Assembly: GCF_032191835.1 (NCBI RefSeq)
Contig: NC_083242.1
Span: forward strand, 38,316,001-38,380,000
From: Heteronotia binoei
Lineage: Eukaryota
Reading direction: 5' to 3'
DNA length: 64,000 nucleotides
In this document: positions 1-12,700 of the stretch, piece by piece
Position numbering within the stretch: the first letter of the stretch is position 1
Layout of the letters: each line of letters opens with the position of its first letter
Program-made: the position numbers and the translations under genes
Notes under the pieces: model-generated
Database searches by the model: none
What the model was told of the DNA's origin: nothing
The model's input: only the letters and a program-made list of their open reading frames with translations

Positions 1-791
1 TTCTTGCCTTTCTAGCTGGAAATAAAACAACAGTTTATGGCATATTCTAAGTTTGGCAAATATTCCTCTCAAATTCTAAAAACATAAAAACTGAGTCCCA
101 ATTTTACAATGCAATTTCCCCCCCCCCCACACACACACAAAAAAAAATGGAGGCAACATTATCCTGTTTCCCACTGCCAAATCCAATATTTTGACACCTG
201 TTTGCCCTAGAAATCCTAAAGGTGGTGCCTCAGGCTCCAGCCATCCCTGTTGCTCTTGTGGAATGTCGAATGCAGCCAGAGAGGGAGGCTGTTCTGCTCT
301 CATCTCAGGCTTCTTAACTACCAGCATGTCAGGGGGGCCCTGCTGGATCAGACTGCCTGATTGGGTGCCCCGTTGCCAACAGCCAGCGCCCTCTGGGGCA
401 CTCCTCAGCAGGGCTCAAAAGGCAAAGCTCCCTCTCCCTCCCTGTCAGCACCTCCTCGGCTATAGGAGTTCACAGGCGGACTGCTCCTGGACATGGAGGA
501 TCCATTTAGACCTCAAGTCTGATAGGTATAGATAGGCCTCTCTCCCTGCTTATTTATTAAGTTCCTTGGTCTGGGGTTTGCCTTTCTCTTAAAGACTTCA
601 GCCCCTGTGAGTCTCCGGTTGGCCCTTGCAGGTGTTACCTGCCCTGGGGTTAGCATCAGGTGAGGAAGGGCCAAATCAGAGGGAGTTTCCAAGTGCAGCC
701 CCTCCCTCAAATAAAAGAAGGCCTGTGCTTGGGGACACATTCCCAGACCTCCCTCCATGTCCCCTCCGGCTTGTCCCTCCGCTTCACTCAC

Positions 792-3700
792 CTGGAAGTC
801 AATGGAGTTCCTCTTCAGCTTGCCCACGGCACCCTCCAGCTTCTCGTACTGCTTTGTCAGCGTTGGCATCTGGTCCAGGATGCCTTTCAGAGACTCCTTT
901 CTCTGCAGGAAGCAAGCACAGCTGCTGAGCGCCCGGCCCCTGCCGCACACACAGCCAGCGGGCAACAGGGGCCGTTCCCAAGCCCCCTCCCACCCCAGCC
1001 TCCTCTCCCTTCTGAGGACAGACTGGGGGGCTGGGTGAGATCTGGCTGAGAGCCGTGCGATGCCCTGGCCCCACAACTCTGCTCTGGCTGCCCTCAGAGG
1101 TTGTATTGGCAGCTCCACCAGAATGTTCTCTGACTGCCTACAGCATGCTAACCAGGCCTTGAAAAGGAAATCTCCCAGTGGACTAATGATGCAATTACCT
1201 GTGTTCCTGCCTGGCTCATTGGAGCCTTCAGGCCTGAGACTGGGGACTCGGGAACAAGGGGCAGCACGATCCAAACCCCTGCTCCCATCACAGCCCCCCT
1301 GCTGGTTTGAATGGCCCCATGGCGTCCTGAGCTGTATATAGTTGGCCCCGCTGGCCCAGCAGGCCAGTCTTAGAGCTCAGCCGTTACTACGCTGTACTGA
1401 ACAAAGAGAGCTATGAGTTCACTACAACCCCGTCTCCTCCTTGCATTGAACCCACTATTATAATCCCACATTCTTGAGCCCCCTGGAGGTGGGTGTCCTG
1501 GGTGTGTGTGTGTGTGTGGGTGTATGACTAGGCCTGGCCCAGCCCTGCGATTCCCTCATCACCTGGTGATCTCGAGTCTCCAGAGTATTCACACGGTCCA
1601 GGAGGGATGTCAGTTCCATCCTCTCCTCAGCTGAGGTTTCATAACGTTCTGGAAACAGAGAAGGGACTCAAAAGAGGTCTGTGGGCCAAAAGTGAGGGAA
1701 TCAGGGCCAGGGGAGGAGAGGGGAGGGAGTTTCACCGTGACCCAGGGGTCAGCGACACTGCTTGCTCCACCGACCCTTCAAATGTGGGCCCCTGGACTCA
1801 AAGTCCTTATGGAGAGCACCACAAGGAAACTGCATCATGTGATTCAGCTCTAAGAGCTGCCCTGAGCATGCGCAGAAGCACCTCCTCAGCAGGAGCTCAA
1901 GGGAAAGGGACTCGGACTTTTGCTACTGGGCTCCGCTCCAGACAGACCCCTGGGCTGAGGCAAAGGGGCACGGGAAGGGGCCAAGCCTCCTTGGGGGTCG
2001 TCACTGTCCTGGTGCCCGGCAGAGAATAAGGCCCACTAGAGGCTGGGGGCCTGCTCTTGCCCGCCCGCCCCTTCCTCAGCCCTGCTGCCATCTCACCCAG
2101 CTGCTCCGTCTGCTGCTTCAGCTGCCCTTCCAGCTGAGCAATCTGGGCCACCAGCTCCTTGTGCCTCCCTGGCAGCTCCCCCAAGGAAACCAGCCTCTCC
2201 CGGGACAGCCGGTCCCTGGCCTCTTGCTCCGTCTCCGGGAAACTCTGCAACGACAGCCACGCACAGATGGAAGAGGCTCTGCGGAAGGGCGTTCGGTGGC
2301 AGCTGTGGGCGGAACACCCGGACAAGGATCCCCACCGCGCCCTCCTTCTGCCCACTTCAGAGGGTCTCCGGAAACACCACGGAGAAGGAAAAGAGCACAG
2401 GGCAGGATATAAATCCAATATCATCATCTCCTTCATCATCTATCTTCTTATTTCAAAGGGAGATCTTGCAAAATTCCACTGGGGGGGAAGTTCTGATGGG
2501 CAGGCCAGAGTCGGGCTTCCCAGCACATTTCCTGGGGCTGGTACGACTCCCACTTTTCCAAACCCTGTTCTTGGTTTCAGGTGGATCCCTGTGTTGGTCT
2601 GAAGCAACAGCACAAAGTGTGAGTCCACTTTTAAGACCGACAAAGCTCCATTCCAGGTGTATAGGCTTTTGTGGGCATGCACACTTCTAGGGACTCATAT
2701 GCTGTGCTATTGTGTGCACTTCAGAAAGGGTGAATAGGTGTGCCACGTTGAAAGGAGACAGACCCACTTTCTCCTGCGCCCAGCCTCACTCGCTCACCTT
2801 CCCCAGGAGCAGGTCGCAGAGAGAGCTCCATCTCACCATGTCGGAGAGGTCGGGCATCGATACTGCCTTTATGTGGCCCTGAAGCTAGATAGGAGGAGAG
2901 AAGGCAAGCGTCAGGGTGAAGACGGATCTTTCCCCGCTCCTGGGCTGGCCAACTGCCAGTCCGCTTCCACCTCACCAGTTCTGCCCTGACAGCCCCCCAC
3001 TCCCCTCTCTGCCCCTCCAGCATTGCTAGTCAGTAATCCCCCCACCCCAGGCTTGGCCCAACCAATCTGTGCTCTTGGTGGGGGGGGAGAACGACAGCAG
3101 GAAGGTGAGGGGGGTCTGTGGGGAAGCGGATGAAAGCCTGGTGCTGGGGAGTCAGGTGGGGGAAGAAAGGTTGTCTGCTGGAGCATCCCAAAGGAACTGA
3201 ACTTAAATCCAAAGAGTTTTCGGCTAAAAAATGAGGAAGACCTTCCTGACGGTGAGAGCGGTTCTGGCAATTTGGGATGGAGAAAGAGTCCCAAAGCAAA
3301 ACTGCCTTCATAACCTCTGATGGGTTATATGAGTTTAATGTTTTGTCTTTTGGGTTAAAGAGTTATCCAGGGAGCGTGGGGGGGATTATCTAAAGCCTAA
3401 TTAATTAACTGTTAAATTGAACTAATTAGTTTGCATTAGCATATATTGATGATATTGATATTTTTAGCCAAACCTTAGAAGAATATTTGCGACATTTAGA
3501 AATCATACTCGATAGACTGAAGGAGGCAGGGCTTACTATTAAGGCTAACAAATGCAAATTTGGGTTACCTGAGGTTACCCATTTGGGTCAAAGAGTTGGG
3601 AATGGGGAAATATCACTACTGTGGGATAGAGTGGAGGCTATCCTGAACTTAGATATTCCCCAGAGAAAGAAACAACTCAGATGTTTTCTTGGACTGGTGA

Positions 3701-6700
3701 ACTATTACAGAAGGTTTATTCCTAATTTTGGAGAGATAGCAATGAGTTGACATAGAAACAAAACCCAGACAAAATGATTTGGGATGGAAACTGTCATGAA
3801 GCACTGACCACACTGAAGCAAGTGCTAACAACCAAGCCCATCTGAAGGGCACCAAACTACGAAAAGGGTTTGTATCAGTGCTTGGTTCTCGTGGCCCTGA
3901 CACACCCAGGGAAATGCTGGGGGCCACTTTGGGGTCAGGCAGCAGTTTTTCTCCAGGCCAGTCTGGCCAGGGATCCTGGAGGGGGTTTTTGTTGTGTGCA
4001 TGGTGCAGGGTATGTGTGCATTGTGAGTTTCCTGCATAATGCAGAGGGTTGGGCCACGTGACGCTGGAGGTCCCTTCCAGCTCTATGTTTCTGGAATCAC
4101 AGCCATCTTCAGCACACAAGCGGGCAAGGAGGAACTCTACCCGTTACCGTTCTTCTTTAGCCACTGTGAGTGTGTTAAATATGAAACATAGGGCTTTTTT
4201 TGAACAGAGCGCACAGGAACGCAGTTCCGGCTGGCTTGGTGTTAGGGGGTGTGGCCTAATATGTAAATGAATTCCTGCTGGGCTTTTTCTACAAAAATCC
4301 CTACGTGAAACAACGGTGCCATCAGGGGTGTGTGGCCTAATATGCAAATAAGTTCTTGCTGGGCTTTTTCTACCAAAAAAGCCCTGACAAAATATTATTC
4401 TGTGTCGGTGGGCGGGGGGATGCTCCTATTTCTGCCAGGACAGGGGCCAGGAGGGAAGAGGGCAGAAGGAAGGGAGGAGATGGAGGGAGGGGGAACCAAG
4501 CAAGCTACGGGTTCTTGCAGAGGGACGACACAGTCGAGTTCCAGGACTTGATGGACGCTTGGGAAAGGGACTCAAGCCCCCTCAAGAGGGGCCTTCTCCA
4601 GCCACGACTGGCCTTCCTTGGCCCCAAGGCCCCAGGGCCAAGGAGCACCGAAAGCCCACAGGCCCGCTTCGGATCAACTCACCATTTGCTGCTGGATCTC
4701 CTCCATCACCTTAGCCTGGCTGCCCAGCTGCTTCAGTTGTTCATGCATCTTGTGGATGCTCAGCTGTCAATGGAGAGTAGGAGAGGAGAGGAGAGAGAGG
4801 CTTTGCACAGCATCCTCCCAGCAACTACTGCCAGACTCCACTGGGGTGGAAGAGGCAATGGTCAGCCCCACAGGCCTCTTTTGGAAACAGTATTTGTTCT
4901 GTGTTGAAAACTGGCTCGCCCGCAAGTGAGGTGCATTGCCAAGGACCTCCAGGTTTACCAGGAAGTGAACAGTCAATTTTCAGGTGGGGTTTACACGAAA
5001 CAAAGTGGAGAGAAAGAGCTGCTGTAGCACTGGGCATCCGTAACCCTCTTCATTCTGCCAGTTCTTTGTTAATAAACCATGCACAGGGGTGGAAATCTAC
5101 CAGGAGCTCCTTTGCATCTTAGGGCACACCCCGATGTAGCCACTCCTCCAAGAGCTTTTTGTAATTCTTTTGGAGGACTGGCTACATCAGGGGTGTGTGG
5201 CCTAACATGCAAAGGAGCTCCTGCTAGAATTCCACCCCTGACTACGCATGTGAGAAATTATAAGTCCTGCTTCAATTGTTCCTCAGAATATATAATTAGA
5301 GCTGAATTTCCATTTTTTTTCCTTTAGAACATAAGAGAAGCCACGTTGGATCAGGCCAGTAGCCCATCCAGTCCTACACTCTGTATCATACATTGGCCAA
5401 AATACACACACATACACACACACTGTGGCTAATAGCCACTGATGGATCTCTGCTCCATATTTTTATCCAATCCCCTCTTGAAGCTGGCTATGCTTGTAGC
5501 CACCACCACCTCCTATGGCAGTGAATTCCACATGTTAATCACCCTTTGGGTGAAGAAGGACTTCCTTTTATCCGTTCTAACCTGACTGCTCAGCAATTTC
5601 ATTGAATGCGAGTTCTTGTATTGTGAGAAAGGGAGAAAAGGACTTCTTTCTCTACTTTCTCCACCCCTTCCATAATCTTGTAAACCTCTATCATGTCACC
5701 CCACAGTCGACGTTTCTCCAAGCTAAAGAGCCTCAAGCCTTTCTTCATAGGGAAAGTGTTCCAAACCTTTAATCATTCTAGTTGCCCTTTTCTGGACTTT
5801 TTCCAGTGCTATAATATCCTTTTTGAGGTGCGGTGACCAGAATTGTACACAGTATTCCAAATGAGGCCGCACCATAGATTTAAACAGGGCATTATGATAC
5901 TGGCTGATTTGTTTTCAGTTCCCTTCCTAATAATTCCCAGCATGGTGTTGGCCTTTTTTATTGCAATCGCACACTGTCTTGACATTTTCAGTGAGTTCTC
6001 TACCACGACCCCAAGATCTCTCTCTTAGTCAGTCTCTGCCAGTTCTTACGACATTATTCCTTGCTGCAGTATGTAAAAGAAAAGGAAGCAATTTTGGATA
6101 TATTTTATTCATTATCATGATCCCCCTCCCCCCCCAAAATGTCATTGCATCACACTGAAATACTCATGAGATTCTTTTTCTTCTGTGAACTATTTTTAAT
6201 TAGGCTGCTACTATGAGTAAGTTTATAAGCTGCCTCCTAATTGCTGGTATCCTACATAAGTAAGGTTGTTTTGGTGTGGAAGGCTTGTGATCCTTCAACA
6301 GGGATCCCAAGTAAGCTTCTGAGGCAGAGCAGGGATTTGAACCCGGGTCTCCCTGATGCTAATCCTGCTCTCTAACTGCTAACTCCAAGTGCGGCAACAC
6401 AGGCCTCCCCCCACCACGTCTGCTAACAAATAGATGAATCGTGTTTGTGAATGTGATGCAATCCATCCAGAGTTTAAACACCCTCCCACGATGAAGTCTG
6501 AAAGGCAGGGAAGTCTCTGAGGCTGGCGGAGGAAGAAGGCCCGGCTGGATAATATAAAGAGCCACCATCTGTGATCAGCACACAAGACACAGTCTGCTCC
6601 CCTCTGACACAGCTCACGAGAATGCACGGCCCTCGCAGGGCAGCGAATCCTGAACTACACTGGGTCAGATGAATTAGCCCACCTTCCTTGGAGCTTTTTT

Positions 6701-7357
6701 TTGGGGGGGGGGGCTACTCACCCTCTGGAAGTCACTCTTCATTTGCCCCAGCTCCTCCTTGAAGGTCTCTGTGGTGATTTGCAGCTCGCAGATGTTCTTT
6801 AGCAAATCCTGCAGGGTGTTCATGGCCTAAACGGGTGGGCGCAGGGCAAGAGAGGGAAAGGTGAAAGGAGGGAAAGGCAGCGTGGGCCCAAGAGGGAGGA
6901 GACTCCCTCCCTCCCTCCCTTTGCCTACCTTGCACATCCCTTCCTCGTTCACCTCCATCTTCTTCTTCAGCTGCATGAGCTGCCACATGTCCTGGGTGGG
7001 CTGGGCTGGGATGCCCACCTGGGTGCGGGCCAGCAGTTCGGCCGTGGTGGGGGTGTCATTCAGGAAGAGGAGCTGCTTCTCCAAGGCGAGGACCCTCTCA
7101 TGCAACTGGTGGAAGATGGAGCTGGATTTCCTCACCGGGGTCTCCGGTTCGGATGGCGCTCCGGAGCCGACGCTTTTGAAGGACGGCTTGATAAAGTCCA
7201 GCTCATCCTCAGAGATTTCTTTGGGCACATCTTGCAGCTTGAAGTACTGCAGCATGCTGTGGAGCAGGAAGTGGAGAGCATTGAAGTTCACGTTGCCCAG
7301 TTCTGGGGTGCCGATGGCCAGGTTGACCAGCTCGGCAAAGGTGACCGTCTGGCTCAT
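792..7357 (-). CDS. C16orf96: C16orf96-like (QRICH2-related) coiled-coil protein, 5' coding exons; gene continues left of the last confident exon
   Basis: Phase-consistent GT-AG exons: 7357-6929 ([33 protein letters not shown]...EGMCK), 6826-6722 ([16 protein letters not shown]...), 4763-4683, 2884-2798 ([26 protein letters not shown]), 2244-2097, 1648-1563, 902-792. The N-terminus resembles the recalled human C16orf96 (MSFSLTFTELANIAIP..LNFKALHLLLH). Position head-to-head with CDIP1 fits the synteny. Confidence 0.8.
3261..3865 (+). mobile_element. Ty3/Gypsy LTR-retrotransposon reverse transcriptase fragment (degenerate)
   Basis: Translates [32 protein letters not shown]...[27 protein letters not shown]...KCKFG...[15 protein letters not shown] (YxDD RT core and thumb), interrupted by stops and frameshifts. 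Confidence 0.9.
3870..4092 (+). mobile_element. CR1-type 3' UTR/tail fragment
   Basis: Ends ...gagtttcctgcataatgcagagggttgg...ggaggtcccttccagctctatgtttct, matching the CR1 3' ends at ~8890 and ~15500; related copy at 25745-25935. Confidence 0.6.
4189..4386. mobile_element. Non-autonomous hAT-like MITE
   Basis: Terminal inverted repeats (t/c)agggctttttt...aaaaaagccctg and an internally repeated ggggtgtgtggcctaatatgcaaat motif shared with 5084-5240 and ~15913-16030. Confidence 0.6.
5084..5240. mobile_element. Palindromic hAT MITE
   Basis: caggggtggaaatct...agaattccacccctg fold-back; 8-bp flanks accatgca/actacgca (6/8 identical) are consistent with a decayed hAT TSD. Confidence 0.75.
5325..6044 (-). 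mobile_element. CR1 LINE 3' fragment (family B)
   Basis: Minus strand gives the ORF2 C-terminus (..[27 protein letters not shown]..) and the tail ggcttctcttatgttct; near-identical to 51190-52040. Confidence 0.9.
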
Positions 7358-8889
7358 CTTCCTTTCGGCCGGTGGCCTGCGAGAACCGAAGTCCTGACCC
7401 TGCGGTGCTCAGACTGGCCGGTTGTCTTGCTGATGGAACTCTAACACACCCTCCTTGATACACCCAGAGCCACAAGGCCACAATCAGTCTGGGGACAGCA
7501 GCCAACTGCCTCGAGTTCTGCTCAGCGTTGAAAGTTTCTGCTGGTTGCCAAGAGACCCTGGAACACGGGGAGATCTGGAAGACGGATGGGTGTGTGTGTG
7601 AGGAATCTGTGGGGCTTGTAATAATGGAGTGAGTCACGCACCGTATTCTTTGGACAGCTGCCACATGGGCGAAGGCCATTCCAGACCAAAGGAAGGGAGG
7701 GCAGCTCTTCTCCTGCCCACCTGCAGAGCAATCAGCAATCAGGATTGCTGGAAAACGCCAGCTGGATTTGGCCAAACTGAATCACAAAACGGCTGGATTG
7801 GTAGCGATCACCTCTTTGTAGCTTCAGCTGACAAAAGTGAATTTAAAAAGTGGACTATTTAGCAGGCCAGGAGACGAGAGACTGATTTCTAGTCCACCTT
7901 TTCCACTGAGACTCAAGGCAGCATTTCACAGGGTAAATCGACGCAATCAGTAGATTGAGTAAAGTGATAAGACTAAAATTACAGCCGCTATTATTTTATT
8001 TATATCTTAAACCTCACCTTTCTCCCTAACGGGGACTCATCGCAGCTCCTCCCCTCTGTTTTATCCTCACAACAACCCTGTGAGGCAGGCTAGGCTGAGA
8101 GTGACTGGCCCAAGGTCACCCAACAAGCTTCCACCATAGCACAAGCAGGGATTCAAACCCGGGTCTGCCAGACACTAGACGGACACCACGCTGACCCTTC
8201 TCTGAAACAATAGGTCGAGTATGAGGCCAGCTGTGTAAACCATGTGGAAAGTGCTCTGGGACAAAGCACGGAAAAAGGGTACTGCAGGAAGCAAGCAAAT
8301 CAAGCATTCTATGTACAGTGGCAAAGTTCCCCGTAAAATGTCCTCTTGATCCACTTTTGTGGTCACGTTGCCCAGTGATTGTTGCACAAACACCCTCCTG
8401 CATAATTCAGTTTTGCCTGTGTTAAATACTGGGTTCAATGCATTGATGTTCAAAACAGGAACATGGTTTATTAATAACTTTGGAACAAGACAACATGGCA
8501 GGGCCACAGCCCCGCTTATACGCATGCACAGAAACACACCCCACCGGCCCCCATAACAAATCACAAGTTGAGCTTTGCACCAAACCCGCTGAGTGGCCCC
8601 AGATCTAATTTGTATAATGAGTTTCTGCGGCCTGCTTAGTTGCAAACATGAAGTCCAACACACAACAGCCTAGTTTGCCGAATGACAAGAGAAGTGGGAG
8701 ACCTCCTGATCTTCACAGGCATGCTGTTCCACAAGGTGTGGGAGGGGCTAACACAGAATGTTCACGATGTTGATCTTACCACTTGTAGGGTGCCACCCAC
8801 AGAAGGCCTCGCTCTGATGGGCAGAGTTGTGGTGGCAGGGAATGGTGGGAGAAGGGCTCTACAGCCATGAATCCATGTGCATGATAGGG

Positions 8890-9535
8890 AGAATCATAGA
8901 GTTGGAAGGGACCTCTAGGGTCATCTAGTCCAACCCCCTGCACAATGCAGGAAACTCACAAACACCTCCCCCTAAATTCACAGGATCCTCATTACTGTCA
9001 GATGGCCATCTAGCCTCTGTTTAAAAACCTCCAAGGAAGGAGAGCTCACAACCTCTCCAGGAAGCCTGTTCCACTGAGGAATCGCTCTAAAGATCAGGAA
9101 GTTCTTCCTAATGTTGAGCTGGAAACTCTTTCGATTTAATTTCAACACATTGGTTCTGGTCTTACCTTCCAGGGCCACAGAAAACAATTTCACACCATCC
9201 TCTAGATGACAGCCCTTCAAGTCCTTGAAGATGGTGATCATATCACCTCTCAGCCGCCTCCTCTCCAGGCTAAACATCGTCAGCTCCTTCAACCTTTCCT
9301 CATAGGACTTGGTCTCCAGACCCCTCACCATCTTCGTCACCCTCCTCTGGACCCGTTCCAGCTTGTCTGTATCCTTCTCAAAATGTGGTGCCCAAAACTG
9401 AACACAGTACTCCAGGTGGAGTCTTACCAGAGCAGAGTAAAGCGATACCATCACATCACGTGATCTGGACACTAGACTTCTGGTGATACAGTCCAAAATT
9501 GCATTTGCCTTTTTAGCCACCGCATCACACTGCTG
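8890..9535 (-). mobile_element. CR1 LINE 3' fragment (family A)
   Basis: ORF 8978-9589 encodes the CR1 ORF2 C-terminus ([33 protein letters not shown]); 3' end ...cccttccaactctatgattct. Confidence 0.95.
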
Positions 9536-9759
9536 ATGTGGGCTTTGTTGTTTTATTTTGGTTTTAACTGAACTCCTATTCAATTGCATTGTTTATTGAA
9601 TGTCCCATCCACTTGACCATATTTTGGTGGAATTCCAATTCCTGTCTGGTTGCCATTTCTGCCTGGTTCTTCTCCCATAAGGCTTTGCATCTCTCTCTAG
9701 CCTCTGCTCTAGAACTACTGACTTCTTTCCGTTTCAGCTTTGAAGTCATAACATCTATG

Positions 9760-10030
9760 AAGTTGAAGATATTGGATTTATATCCTACCCTATACTCCGA
9801 ATCTCAGAGCGGTCACAATCTCCTTTACCTTCTCCCCCCGAACACACACCCTGTGAGGTGGGTGGGGCTGAGAGAGCTCTGATAGAAGCTGCCCTTTCAA
9901 GGACAACTTCTACAAGAACTACATCTGACCCAAGGCCATTCCACCAGCTGCAAGTGGAGGAGTGGGGAATCAAACCCGGTTCCCTCAGATAAGAGTCTGC
10001 ACCCTTCACCACTACACCAAACTGGCTCTC
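9760..10030 (-). mobile_element. tRNA-derived SINE (family S1)
   Basis: Reverse complement of gagagccagtttggtgtagtgg...ggtttgattcccc...ccccacccacctcacagggtgt...gggtataaatccaat; same family at 11252, 24273, 31830, 34120, 39645 and 45357. Confidence 0.8.
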
Positions 10031-11099
10031 TGCCTCTCCATTGTTCCCCCCTGACATAGAGAGCGCCATGGAGGATGTACAAATGGCTATTTGAAGAGAC
10101 GGGGCTCCTTGCACTCATAGTATTGTGTTAACTAAGTCAAACTTAATGCCTAACTAACTGTATGAAAGAAGTTGGGTTTTGTCAGATACATCAGATGTTC
10201 ATCACAGATTTGACTGCCAGTTACATTCACTCCTGTGGATGGAAAATGGTACTTAATGTGTGGTTTTATTCTTGCCCCTTGTTGTTTTGAACGAACCACC
10301 CTTGTTATGGGTCTTGAGTCAGCGCCACCAAGGATATCCTTTGTAAAAGTACTGTGCACTGTGTTAAGTATTGAATTTTGAATTAATATTCTATGCTGCA
10401 TACCAGTTTGGAAGGTTTCTGTGTTATGGTTTTAATTTTAATAACTGGAATAGGTTTCTCTCTCTCAAAAGTTATGGGGTTCTTACCAGTCATTCCCCTC
10501 CACCCCCTTTACTGAACCCGGTGGGAGTGGCAGTCCTAGGAAAGGTTTCTATACTCCGAAATTCCCCAACACTTATGGACTGGCTCTCTATAAGCTAAAT
10601 ATTATTGTAAGTTGCTTTGAAGTATACTACTGGCCTCTAATTTCAGACCCACACACATTCCCGGCCTTCTGCCCAAAGTCATCGCCTGGATTCTGCCCAG
10701 AAATAAAATAACACGTCTTTATTGAGGCAAAAATCTCCACGGAGCATCAGCTGTGCAATAAGAATACCCAGAATCTGTGGCAGCCCCCCATGTTAAGTCG
10801 CTTTGGCTGGGAGACCAAGGTCAAGCCAGGCGCTTTGCTGGAGCCCAGCTCCGGTTCGGGCACACTGGCAAGTGTGGCAGCACAATGCCGCCCCGGCCCT
10901 CGGGATCATTCTGACCCTCTGCTGCACCACACAACACAGCTCCACCCCCAAAAAAAGAATGTGACCCGCGGCAGCTGCATCGTGCTTCGTGCATTCACAT
11001 TAAACTAAATAATACGTTTTACATATGGATTTTCACTGTATAATAATAGCAAAAATCTGGATGCAAAACGCATTATTTTGTGTAGTGTGAACATACCAG

Positions 11100-11543
11100 G
11101 ACCAATTTTGCACTAGACCTTTAATCCTGGTTTAGCTGTCCCCAAGATGACATTCTACACGAAAATCATAGAGTTGTGTTCTCTGATTCTAGTGTAGAAT
11201 GTCAGTTTGGGGACAGGGCTAAACCAGGATTAAAGGTCTAGTGCGAAACTGAGAGTCTGTTTGGTGTCATGGTTAAGTGTGCAGACTCTTATCTGGGAGA
11301 ACTGAGTTTGATTCCCCACTCCTCCACTTGCAGCTGCAAGAATGGCCTTGGGTCAGCCATAGCTCTCACAGAGATGTCCTTGAAAGGGCAGCTGCTGTGA
11401 GAGCTCTCTCAGCCCCACCCGCTTCACTGGGTGTCTGTTGTGGAGGAAGAAGATAAAGAAGATTGCAAGCTGCTCTGAGACTGATTCAGAGACAAGGGCG
11501 GGGTATAAATCTGCAGTTTTCTTCTTCTAGTGCGAAATTGGTC
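11100..11543. mobile_element. PIF/Harbinger-like palindromic MITE with a nested SINE
   Basis: Ends gaccaattttgcactag...ctagtgcgaaattggtc with CAG on both flanks (3-bp TSD). An S1 SINE at ~11252-11526 is bounded by a 14-bp duplication ctagtgcgaaa(c/t)tg (11238-11251 and 11527-11540). Confidence 0.7.
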
Positions 11544-11589
11544 CAGCTGTTTCCCAAGCGGCTTCCACTGTTCTACTGTAACACCCCTG

Positions 11590-12700
11590 CGAGGCGGGCC
11601 GGGCCCCAGCAGCTGCACAAGGGGGGTTTGAACCTGGGGCTCCCTCCCAGCTGCACTGCACCCCACAGGCGCCACGCCGGGGCGGCTCCAGCTCCGGCTC
11701 CCCCGCCGGATCCCTGAAGGGTTCGCGCCGGCGACGTCATTCCCATGGCCACGCCCCCGCCTGCTGGCCACGCCCCCGCCTTCAGTCAGCTCCCCGGCGC
11801 CTCAGAGAGCGGCGGCGACGTCATTCCCACGGCCACGCCCCCGCCTGCTGGCCACGCCCCCGCCTTCAGTCAGCTCCCCGGCGCCTCAGAGAGCGGCGGC
11901 GACGTCATTCCCACGGCCACGCCCCCGCCTGCTGGCCACGCCCCCGCCTTCAGTCAGCTCCCCGGCGCCTCAGAGAGCGGCGGAGACGTCATTCCCACGG
12001 CCACGCCCCCGCCTGCTGGCCACGCCCCCGCCTTCAGTCAGCTCCCCGGCGCCTCAGAGAGCGGCGGCGACGTCATTCCCACGGCCACGCCCCGCCTGCT
12101 GGCCACGCCCCCGCCTTCAGTCAGCTCCCCGGCGCCTCAGAGAGCGGCGGCGACGTCATTCCCACGGCCACGCCCCCGCCTGCTGGCCACGCCCCCGGCG
12201 CCTCAGAGAGCGGTTCAGTCAGTTCCCCGGCGGCGGCGTCTTTCCGCGGGCTCTGCGGCCGGCCCGGGCTGGGAGGTGAGGCGCTTTGCCGAGAGCGGCT
12301 GGCCCGGCCCGGCCCCGCGATGCATGTTGGGGGATGTAGTCTTCTGTGAAACTGCCGGTCCCAGCATGCCCCGCGCCGTCGGGAGGGCTGGGGAGTGGGC
12401 GGGGCGCCGCAACGCAAAGGCGCGGTGACGCAGTAGGGGGCGGGGCAGGCGCCGTTGTTGTGAATGGCCGGGCGTCCCCGACGCGCAACTGATTCCGGGG
12501 GAACCTGAACGTGAGAAGAGGCCTCCCGTGCAGAGCCGAGGTGGGTCCCTGGAGGGCGGGCGGCTCAGGGCCTCTTGCGCGGCGCAGCAATTCGGAGGAG
12601 GCGCTTCTTCTGCCCGCGTGTGCAGCGTCACGTGTGAATGCTCCGCGCTGCAGCAGGAGAGCCCCTTGCAGGGCCGGGCTTCGCAGCATCACTCTTCCCA
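11590..12700 (+). promoter_or_regulatory. CpG-island promoter and probable non-coding exon 1 of CDIP1
   Basis: CpG-dense; strong donor GAG|GTGAGG at 12275/12276; ZNF143/SBS-like motifs (rev GACTACATCCCCCAACATGC at 12322-12341, TCCCAGCATGCCCCG at ~12359). Confidence 0.7.
11733..12235 (+). repeat. 84-bp GC-rich minisatellite (VNTR), about 6 units
   Basis: gacgtcattcc recurs at 11733, 11817, 11901, 11985, 12069 and 12152; each unit holds two GGCCACGCCCC motifs and one GACGTCAT. Confidence 0.95.

Noticed and set aside
76-470. Possible next C16orf96 exon (open frame into ORF 76-327)
   Set aside because: No convincing phase-0 acceptor compatible with the 792 donor was found; the next exon may lie outside the window.
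8175-8663. 162-aa minus ORF and nearby ORFs at 10150-10598
   Set aside because: No recognisable domain or splice context; partly old L2-like sequence.
12321-12372. p53 response element in the CDIP1 promoter (CATG cores)
   Set aside because: Only isolated imperfect half-sites; the motifs fit ZNF143/SBS better.
11745-12428. 227-aa ORF with 28-aa repeats (DVIPTATPPPAGHAPAFSQLPGASESGG)
   Set aside because: It is the translation of the 84-bp promoter VNTR; a unit length divisible by 3 and high GC keep the frame open, and there is no homology or splice context.
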